A stretch of DNA of 64,000 nucleotides from the NCBI GenBank assembly GCA_963845065.1, contig CAWJQQ010000006.1, forward strand, positions 1 to 64,000. Direction: 5' to 3'. The translations under genes and the position numbers were made by a program. Positions 19,203-27,713 of this stretch are shown here, one piece after another (the first letter of the stretch is position 1; every line of letters starts with the position of its first letter). Source of the stretch: Nitrospirota bacterium (GTDB lineage Bacteria; Nitrospirota; UBA9217). Under the pieces are notes generated by a model, which ran no database searches, was not told the origin of the DNA, and saw nothing but the letters and a program-made list of their open reading frames with translations.

Positions 19203-20837
19203 TTACATCTTACAGACTATGTTCGCAAGTTCCTTTGAAAACATTTCATAGTTTACTGAATAGTCAATCGGGCATTCGATGAGCACCACAGTTTTCAGTG
19301 AGAACGCTTTGCGCAGCATATCCGATAAGTTATCGCCCTGTTTTACCTTCATGCCCACGGCCCCGTAGCTCTCTGCGTATTTAACGAAGTCCGGGTTCTT
19401 GTATTCAAGCCCAAAATTTTGGAATCCCTTGGCCTCCTGTTCCCATTTGATGAACCCGAAAGCATTGTCATTCAGGACCAGAATAACAAGGGGAATATCG
19501 TACCGCAGAGCGGTTTCCAGTTCTCGCGAGTTCATCATGAATCCACCATCTCCCACAACGGCCAAGACGTTCCGATCGGGTCTCACCATTTTCGCAGCAA
19601 TGCCTGACGGAAGTCCTGCTCCCATCGTCGCAAGTGCGTTATCAAGAAGAAAGGTGTTAGGTTTGAATGTCCGATAGAGCCGTGAGAACCATAGCTTATA
19701 TATCCCATTGTCCAAAGTCAGGATGTCCTCGTGCGACAGCACCTCCCGCACATGCCACACAACTTCCTGGGGCGTCAGGGGATACTGTTTCTTGAACTGG
19801 ATTGTCAGTTTCCTGTCCAAGAACTTCCTGACTGTTTTGAAGGTATCACCGCTCTTTCTGCCTGCGATCAGCTCACCGAGCTGCCGGAGAGCGCATGAAA
19901 TATCACCGATAACCTCGATGTCGGGATCGTAATAGGCATCGACCTCCGCCTCGGTAAAATCAATATTAATGATCTTTTTGTCTAGTTCGCAGTTCCATAC
20001 AAAGGGTGGATACTCGACAATATTGTATCCGATCGTGATAATCACGTCAGCCAGATCAATACCGCAGTTTATATAATCACGCTTGTGGATGCCTGTGGCA
20101 AAGAGGCTGTATTCCGACGCATCGCTTACGACTCCTTTGCCCATTTGGGTCTGGACCGCGTAAATTCCGGTCTTCTCGATGAATTGCATCAGCTGGCGAG
20201 TGATCAGGTTGCGATTAGCACCCGAGGACAGAATTATGAGAGGATTTTTCGATTTATTGATCAGCTCCGCTGCACTCTGGATGGCTTTAGGATCGGGTGC
20301 GGGTCTGCGCACAATACCACGCTTCTGCACCTGCGCTTCTGTTCGGCTTTCAGCAACATCTTCGGGAAGTTCAATGTGCACTGCACCTGGGCGTTCAGCT
20401 TGGGCGAGTTTGAATGCATTCCTAACTATCGTCGGGATAACGCCCGGATCCACTATGGAGATTGCTTCCTTCGTGATCGGCCGCATTATGCTGACAATGT
20501 CAATGAGCTGGAACCGAGCCTGCCGGTTCCCACGCACCGCCTTTTGTCCTGATATGGATATGAGCGGTGCACCGATCAGTTGGGCATGTGCAACGCCCGT
20601 TACCAAGTTCGTTGCTCCCGGACCGAGGGTTGACAAGCACACTCCGGCCTTTCCCGTCAACCGGCCGTAGGTAGCAGCCATGAATGCCGCGGTCTGCTCG
20701 TGGCGTGTAACAAGGAGCTTAATCTTAGATGTGCGGAGCGACTCGAGAAAATCGAGGTTCTCTTCCCCTGGCAGCCCGAAGATGAACTGCACGCCCTCTT
20801 CCTCCAGCTGCATAACGAACAGGTCCGATGCCTTCAT
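19203..20837 (-). CDS. ThDP-dependent acetolactate-synthase-like enzyme (candidate 2-oxoglutarate decarboxylase)
   Basis: FGLPGEEN, RHEQ, TLGPGATN, GDGGFMM..N; no ALS small subunit nearby. Confidence 0.85.
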   Translation of the reverse strand: MKASDLFVMQLEEEGVQFIFGLPGEENLDFLESLRTSKIKLLVTRHEQTAAFMAATYGRLTGKAGVCLSTLGPGATNLVTGVAHAQLIGAPLISISGQKAVRGNRQARFQLIDIVSIMRPITKEAISIVDPGVIPTIVRNAFKLAQAERPGAVHIELPEDVAESRTEAQVQKRGIVRRPAPDPKAIQSAAELINKSKNPLIILSSGANRNLITRQLMQFIEKTGIYAVQTQMGKGVVSDASEYSLFATGIHKRDYINCGIDLADVIITIGYNIVEYPPFVWNCELDKKIINIDFTEAEVDAYYDPDIEVIGDISCALRQLGELIAGRKSGDTFKTVRKFLDRKLTIQFKKQYPLTPQEVVWHVREVLSHEDILTLDNGIYKLWFSRLYRTFKPNTFLLDNALATMGAGLPSGIAAKMVRPDRNVLAVVGDGGFMMNSRELETALRYDIPLVILVLNDNAFGFIKWEQEAKGFQNFGLEYKNPDFVKYAESYGAVGMKVKQGDNLSDMLRKAFSLKTVVLIECPIDYSVNYEMFSKELANIVCKM

Positions 20838-20996
20838 GCAGTTCTCCCTATAATAACATTGCCACAGATGCAAGAAACAGCGTCACTTGCTTCATGACAC
20901 TAATTAATTATAAATTTAAGCACTCGATGCAGGAGCGGTATCAAACCTTTTTCTCTTGTTAGTATCTCCGCGTCATTGTGGCCTATCGAGACTACG

Positions 20997-22499
20997 CTAC
21001 TCCCTAACCACAACCGTCTTGATATTCACGAACTCCCTCAGGCCGTAATGCGAAAGCTCCCTGCCGATGCCGGACTTCTTTACTCCGCCGAAGGGCAGCC
21101 GCGGGTCGGACTTTACCATATCGTTGATCGTCACGGTTCCGGTCTCGATCCGCGCAGCAATTCGCTCGGCCCGGAAGAGATCTCTGCTCCAGACAGAAGC
21201 GCCTAGCCCGAACTCGGTGTTATTCGCAACCCTGATCGCCTCATCCTCACTCTGGACTGTGATGATCGGTGCGATTGGTCCAAACACCTCTTCGGTCAAG
21301 ATCTTCATTTTTGGGTTGGTATCAACGACAATGCAGGGTGTGAAAAAATATCCCCTGGCGGGAGCCTGTTCGACTTGAAGAACCTTCGCCCCCTTGGCTT
21401 TAGCGTCCTTCAACTGGTCCTTAAGTCCGTCGAGAATATCCTTACGTGCCATGGTACCTATGTCGGTTTTCTCATCCATGGGGTCCCCGATCCTCATTTC
21501 CCTGAGCCGCGCCATGAAGTGCTTCGTAAATTCGTCAGCCACCTTGTCCATAACGATGAAACGCTTCGCTGCAATACAGCTTTGGCCTCCATTGATCATG
21601 CGTGCATTGGCTGCAGTCCTTGCAGCCTTCTCGATGTCCGCGTCGTCAAGGACGATATAGGGGTCCGAGCCGCCAAGTTCGAGCACGACCTTCTTGGTCC
21701 TTGCTCCCGCATGGGCACCAACCTCTTCACCCGCTTTATTGCTGCCCGTAAGCGACACCGCATCCACCTTGTCCTCGTCGATCAGTCTCAAAGTTTCTGT
21801 CGAGTTGATCAGCAGGGTCTTGAAGACGCTCTCCGGAAAGCCCGCCTTCTTGAAGGAATCTTCGATGGCGAGAGCGGTCATCGGAACATTTGACGCGTGC
21901 TTCAGGACGACAACGTTCCCCGCTGCAATCGATGGCACCCCGAAGCGGTAGGCCTGCCAGAACGGAAAGTTCCAGGGCATGACAGCGAGTACCACACCGA
22001 GGGGCTGAAACAGGACATAGCTTTTCTTCGCTTCCGTCTTGATCTCCTCGGGCTTCAGGAACGACTCTGCGTTATTGGCATAATAGTCCGCGAGCCAAGC
22101 GCACTTTTCCACCTCGGCAAGCGATTCTTTAATAGGCTTGCCCATTTCCGTAGTGATAAGCTCGGCGTAGTTTCGTTTCTCCGTCCTGAGCACGTCGGCC
22201 AGGTTCATCAGGTACTTCACACGCGCAGTAACTGACATGTCGCGCCATTTCAAAAATGCATTTCGGGAGGCATTCAGCTGCCAATCGACCTCATGCTTGC
22301 TCATGAGAGCGAATTCTTTTACTACCTGTTCCGTGTACGGATTAATCGATAGTATCTTCGCCGATTTCCTCACGGCCGATTTGATAACAGATCCTGATTT
22401 CATTTTACGCACCCCCTGGGAGGACGCGGTACGTTTCGTATTGGGCAATACAACTCCTTTTTTTATCGCTTTTTTAGTACGTACTTTCGTCGTCGCCAT
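20997..22499 (-). CDS. gabD: NAD(P)-dependent succinate-semialdehyde dehydrogenase
   Basis: MPWNFPFWQ, LKHAS, ELGGSD, GQSCIAAKR, EEVFGP; Lys-rich N-terminal extension. Confidence 0.88.
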   Translation of the reverse strand: MATTKVRTKKAIKKGVVLPNTKRTASSQGVRKMKSGSVIKSAVRKSAKILSINPYTEQVVKEFALMSKHEVDWQLNASRNAFLKWRDMSVTARVKYLMNLADVLRTEKRNYAELITTEMGKPIKESLAEVEKCAWLADYYANNAESFLKPEEIKTEAKKSYVLFQPLGVVLAVMPWNFPFWQAYRFGVPSIAAGNVVVLKHASNVPMTALAIEDSFKKAGFPESVFKTLLINSTETLRLIDEDKVDAVSLTGSNKAGEEVGAHAGARTKKVVLELGGSDPYIVLDDADIEKAARTAANARMINGGQSCIAAKRFIVMDKVADEFTKHFMARLREMRIGDPMDEKTDIGTMARKDILDGLKDQLKDAKAKGAKVLQVEQAPARGYFFTPCIVVDTNPKMKILTEEVFGPIAPIITVQSEDEAIRVANNTEFGLGASVWSRDLFRAERIAARIETGTVTINDMVKSDPRLPFGGVKKSGIGRELSHYGLREFVNIKTVVVRE

Positions 22500-22577
22500 C
22501 TGCGTCCTCCTTAAATAAAGTTCAGGCAATCTATAAAATCTGGTTATCCATGAAAATTTCAATCCAAAAACTCATCC

Positions 22578-23795
22578 CTACCTCTTCTCCACAGGCTCAT
22601 ACTCGCACCCCGTCTTCCCACAGTAGTTGCCTATGTATTCTGACGACGGCCGGTAGAGCGATGGCTTTTCCTGGGCGTCGCCAAACTTCTCCTCGATGAT
22701 GTGGGCGGTCCATCCCGCGATCCGGGCCACGGCAAAGACGGGCGTCATCAGGTCGTGTGGAATGCCCACCATGTGGTAGACTGAGGCGCTGTAAAAGTCC
22801 ACGTTCGGCTTGATTGTGGTCTTGCCCTGTTTTTTGAACTCGAACAGCGCAGTTTCCTCGATCTGCGTGGAGAGACGGTACCATTGTTCCTGACCAAGCT
22901 TCTCTCCAAGCCGTTTCCCCATCTCCTTCAGGAAATTCGCGCGCGGATCGGTGGTCTTGTACACAGCATGTCCCATCCCCATGATCTTTCGGCCGCTGTC
23001 TAGCTGCCTTTTCACCCAGCCGGCGACATCTTTCTCATATTGAAGTTCCTTCAGCATTTTCATGACCTGCTCATTGGCCCCACCGTGCAGGCTACCGGAA
23101 AGAGCACCCACTCCTGCTGTGACCCCGGCGTACATATGCGCCTGAGTTGAAACCACCTCGCGGCAAGCGAACGTCGAAGCATTGAATGAGTGGTCAGCAT
23201 GAAGTACTAGTGCCGTATCGAGGTCTTTCGCTATATCCGGATCAGGCTTGATCCCGCTCATCTGCCACAGAAAATTCCCAGCATGAGAGAGGTTGTCCGC
23301 AGACGGGAGTGGCTCAAGCCCCTGCCGTATTCTCTGCCAGGAAGCAACTATTTCTGCGACCCTTGCAATGAGCCGGATGGCCCTCGATATATTCGCTTCC
23401 CTCGTCTCCAGCACAAGCTCAGAATCAGTCATTGCCAGCAGCGGTATCGATGCCTGAAGCACGTCCATGGATTGCGCCTCTGCCGGTAGCCGTTTCATAT
23501 TCTCGATCACGAGGTCCGGCAAACGCCTCGCCTCGATGAGCCGCTGTGAAAAATCCTTAAGCTGTTCCGGCGTGGGCAGGCTGTCATAGAGCAGGAGATA
23601 AGCAGTCTCTTCGAAGGTAGAATATGTTGCAAGGTCTTCGATGCTGTAACCACGGTAGATGAGAACTCCGTTCTCACCATCCACGAAGGAGATTTTCGTA
23701 TCGGCAATCTTCACGCCCCGTAAGCCGATATTTTTTATTTTAGTTTCCATTGATTTTTCACGATTTATCTCTTTTATTTGAGCATTTGCATCCAT
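22578..23795 (-). CDS. gltA: Citrate synthase (Si-type / 2-methylcitrate synthase family)
   Basis: HADHSFNASTF, LHGGANE, MGMGHAVY, PNVDFYS. Confidence 0.92.
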   Translation of the reverse strand: MDANAQIKEINREKSMETKIKNIGLRGVKIADTKISFVDGENGVLIYRGYSIEDLATYSTFEETAYLLLYDSLPTPEQLKDFSQRLIEARRLPDLVIENMKRLPAEAQSMDVLQASIPLLAMTDSELVLETREANISRAIRLIARVAEIVASWQRIRQGLEPLPSADNLSHAGNFLWQMSGIKPDPDIAKDLDTALVLHADHSFNASTFACREVVSTQAHMYAGVTAGVGALSGSLHGGANEQVMKMLKELQYEKDVAGWVKRQLDSGRKIMGMGHAVYKTTDPRANFLKEMGKRLGEKLGQEQWYRLSTQIEETALFEFKKQGKTTIKPNVDFYSASVYHMVGIPHDLMTPVFAVARIAGWTAHIIEEKFGDAQEKPSLYRPSSEYIGNYCGKTGCEYEPVEKR

Positions 23796-23942
23796 AGCCG
23801 TCACCATCCTTTTTTAAAATTACTTACCGCGGGAGAACAACGACTGAGGAAAATGCGAAGCTGTTCACGTTCCCACGAAGATACCCTGACTAAAAAAACG
23901 CTGGATGCAAAGATCACACTCTTCACTTTGTCCCTTCTGCGG

Positions 23943-25886
23943 TCAGGTCGCTAAGAGTAATTCTTTCTTCACATAATTCAGCGTCCCACCCACAAGTAAA
24001 TGGTTACGCTGGCGGTCGGTGACGTCCAGGAACGTTATAATAGTTTCACCATCCACCTCAACCGGAATCTCGCGGTCACCTTGCTCAACCCGCTGTTTCA
24101 CGTCAGGGAACACGACTTTATTGCCTTTGCTCAGCTTATCGTAGTCACGCGAGTCTTTGAACGTAAGCGGAAGGATACCAAAGTTGCAAAGGTTAGACTT
24201 GTGGATACGGGCAAAGCTCTTTGCGATCTTAGCGCGAACGCCGAGATACCGCGGCGCCAGAGCCGCATGTTCGCGACTTGATCCCTGGCCGTAGTTCTCA
24301 CCGCCCACCACGATCACCGTACCCCGCGCCTTTGACTCTTTCGCAAAATCTGGATCGATCTGGGAGAAAACGAACTCTGACAGCGCTTCGATATTCGAGC
24401 GAAACGGCAACACGCGGTTGCCTGCCGGCATTATCCCATCTGTTGATATATTATCTCCTACCTTCAACACAACCTCTGCCCTAAGCGTGTCAGGCAGTGG
24501 ACCGAGTTCCGGCAACGGCCTGATATTCGGCCCTCGGATAATCTCTGTTTTTCTCAGTTCTTCTGACGGAAAGACAATCGACTTCTCATCTATCATGTAT
24601 TGCTTCGGGTCCTCTATTCTTGGATATTCCATCTCTTTTGCCAGATCGCGGGGATCGATTATAACGCCTTTTATGGCTGCCGCTGTCGCGGTCTCCGGTG
24701 AGCATAGGTAGACCTTATCATCCTTAGTTCCACTTCTACCAGGGAAGTTCCGCGGGAATGTACGCAGGCTAACTTCGCCCGTGCCCGGTGCCTGGCCCAT
24801 GCCGATGCATCCTTGGCAGCCAGGCTCGTGCACTCGTGTGCCTGACGTAAGAAAAGTGAGGAGACCGCCTGTCTGGTAAACATTTTCGAGCACCTGGCGG
24901 CTACCCGGGTTCACATGTAAAGATGTTTCGGGATGGACGTGCCTATTTTCGAGCATCTTTGCAGCAATCATCAAGTCCCGGAAAGACGAGTTCACACTGC
25001 TGCCTATGATCGCTTGGCCAACTCTAATGCCTGCAATTTCACGGACCGGCACAACGTTCCCCGGTGAAGATGGCTTGGCGATCAAAGGTTCCAGATTTGA
25101 AAGGTCGATCTCCGCATATTCATCATAGAGAGCGCCTTCATCCGCGGACAGCAAAACCCAGGCATCACGACGTCCCTGGGCAATCAGGTATTCCTTGGTC
25201 CGTTCATCGGACGGGAAGATCGAGGTCGTCGCACCCGTCTCGGTACCCATATTGCCAATTGTCTCTCGATCAGTTGCCGAAAGATATTTCACTCCCGGGC
25301 CATAGTATTCAATTATCTTCCCAACACAGCCCTTGACATCATAGCGCCTGAGCATTTCGAGGATCACGTCTTTCGCACTCACCCAATCGTGAAGTTTTCC
25401 CGTAAGCATCACGCCGAGTACTTTGGGACATTGAAAAAAGTAAGGATAACCGGCCATTGCCAGGGCCACATCCAGTCCGCCTGCGCCGATACCTAGCATC
25501 GAGATGCCAGCGGCTCCCGGCGTATGACTGTCCGCGCCGAGTAGGGTCTTACCCGGAACGCCGAAGCGCTCCATGTGCACCTGGTGAGAAACACCGTTGC
25601 CAGGCTTGCTAAAAATGACGCCATACCGGGCGGCGGCGGTTTGGAGGTATTTATGGTCGTCAGCATTCTTATTGTCCGTCTGGAGGAGGTTGTGGTCCAC
25701 ATACTGTGCCGCGAGCTCTGCTTTCACCCTTTTGATGCCAATAGCTTCAAACTCCAGCATCGCTAGCGTGCCTGTCGCGTCCTGCAGCAGGGTATGATCG
25801 ATCGTGATGCCGATCTCTCTGCCCGGAACCAGCTCTCCCTCCTTCAGATGGGCTTCCAAAATCTTTTGAGTAAGGTTTCTTTTCAA
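23943..25886 (-). CDS. Aconitate hydratase
   Basis: QDATG, ADSHT, CQGCIGMGQ, NISTD, GQGSSREHAA. Confidence 0.93.
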   Translation of the reverse strand: MKRNLTQKILEAHLKEGELVPGREIGITIDHTLLQDATGTLAMLEFEAIGIKRVKAELAAQYVDHNLLQTDNKNADDHKYLQTAAARYGVIFSKPGNGVSHQVHMERFGVPGKTLLGADSHTPGAAGISMLGIGAGGLDVALAMAGYPYFFQCPKVLGVMLTGKLHDWVSAKDVILEMLRRYDVKGCVGKIIEYYGPGVKYLSATDRETIGNMGTETGATTSIFPSDERTKEYLIAQGRRDAWVLLSADEGALYDEYAEIDLSNLEPLIAKPSSPGNVVPVREIAGIRVGQAIIGSSVNSSFRDLMIAAKMLENRHVHPETSLHVNPGSRQVLENVYQTGGLLTFLTSGTRVHEPGCQGCIGMGQAPGTGEVSLRTFPRNFPGRSGTKDDKVYLCSPETATAAAIKGVIIDPRDLAKEMEYPRIEDPKQYMIDEKSIVFPSEELRKTEIIRGPNIRPLPELGPLPDTLRAEVVLKVGDNISTDGIMPAGNRVLPFRSNIEALSEFVFSQIDPDFAKESKARGTVIVVGGENYGQGSSREHAALAPRYLGVRAKIAKSFARIHKSNLCNFGILPLTFKDSRDYDKLSKGNKVVFPDVKQRVEQGDREIPVEVDGETIITFLDVTDRQRNHLLVGGTLNYVKKELLLAT

Positions 25887-26070
25887 CCCTGAGCACCACC
25901 TTCCTTATCACCTTTCCTTTAACAGGGATTGAATTTGTCCTTTTTTCAAGTACCTGCACCATTATCTTTATAACAGCAAAACGTTTCTTCGCATTTGTCT
26001 CTTAATAATTATTTTACCACGGTTAGGGTCCTTTGGGAAGCTAACAGGGCCCCGTTACAAGATTATTCCG

Positions 26071-27414
26071 TTGACATCCTCCCGGCCTTAAGGTCTAGGA
26101 TTCCCGAATCACGCTCTAATGTCAGTGAGGGCCAAAACTGGTTCTGTTTTCGGATATGGCAGAGATGTTTGCCACGTTCCCGATTCATGGGCTGATGAAA
26201 CTGGCCTGGTTTTTCTCCAGACGAACCGGCTGACGGATGGCTGTGCCAGGCAGCCGCTACTCCAAGATACTGATTTGCACCGGGAGATACCTTTAAGAAT
26301 ATTGCTTGCACCATTTCCATCGGCATGGATTACAACGCCGCAATGCTCACAAACATAGAAGCCACAACGCATACGACCTGTGTATCCCAAGTATTGCAGA
26401 TACAGCAGGTTTGGCTCGTTTAGTGCTCCTTTTCTTCTAAAGCGTGGATGCCTTTAAGTCTGACTTTGTACATGACCATTTTGATGATCCTATCGAATGG
26501 CCATTTATGAAGCTGTTGGTTCCCACTGTTTCCCTAATCCTTGCCTTCTCTGGTGTCCTTAAGGTCCCCCACGATGATCGTGGAGACCTCGGTATCGCGA
26601 ACAAGAGATTTGGTAAAGCTGTGGAGCAGGTGAGAGCGCTGACGAGACCGTTTTTGCTTCAAAGCACACGCTTTCCGGGATTTGCCGTTGGTCGTCTTTA
26701 ACTTTTGCATTTCAAAGTGCTGCTCAAGAGCGGCCAACTCACTGTCTAAACAACGGGATGTATGCAGGCGGTCGCTGCAAGATCCTTCATGCCAAGGTCA
26801 ATAACCATGGTTTCCCTGTCTCCTTTCAATCCGGGAAAAGAGATCGCGTATACCAGGGGGACAAACCACTTGCCGATATCATGTACCAAACGACCAATCT
26901 GGATATTGTCTCCGGTTATACGGATACATTAAAGCAGTTTGACCTTCAGAAAGAGGAATTGCTTGCCGTAGATGTTTTTCGAGATGCTAAAGCGTACAGT
27001 AAAAAATCTCGGCTCCTACTTTACAGTGCTTTGTTTGAACGTAACATTGACAGTTCGGTTTTCCGTCCATACCCTGGCGGGTTGGCATTCATATCTCCAT
27101 TTTCACGGAGTGCAAACCATGATTTATGTGACTGCTAAAACTCTTCCAGGACTGCCTGAGCGCTTTGTGAATGCGATCGGCAATACCAAAAGTGGTATTC
27201 TTGTTTAAGGGCAGCATTCAGGTCCAAATATTTTGCCGGTAGCCTTCCAGATTTCCTTGGTATGCCATACGGCAGTGCTCCAGGGCTTCGTTGCAGAAAA
27301 ACCAAGCAGCCAGAGGAAAAAGGGGGTGCTATCGTCAGTTACACTTGCCTTACCGACGACAGTCGTTGTTTGGGAATCTGGCTCTGTGACGGTATCGAAC
27401 ATTGAGGAAATCAT
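26071..27414 (-). mobile_element. tnpB: IS200/IS605-group tnpB-only element, pseudogenised
   Basis: Fragments ATKPWSTAVW, NPPGY, HLLHSFTK..IIVGDL, CEHCGVVIHADGNGASNIL across frames; right end GAATCCTAGACCTTAAGGCCGGGAGGATGTCAA at 26071; left end approximate. Confidence 0.8.
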
Positions 27415-27713
27415 ATTACAAGATGAACATTTGGCAATATTTTTAAAAAACAGAGAACACTTGATTGCTTCGCGATCAGCGCATTATATTCCGGGCCCAA
27501 AGAACAAGGCTTACGGCGCGAAAGGATAAAATCCGGAGAAACAAAAATAAGCTACCGTGCCGACGGGTCAAAAAAAATTGATCATCCTATCGTGGCAAGA
27601 CAGCACACGGAATAGTCCCCCAGTATGCCCTCCATCCACACAAAACATAAAATCATCGGCTTTAAATGCGAATTTACTCCATAAGAGCATACTTGTTATT
27701 GCGTATTCCGTAA

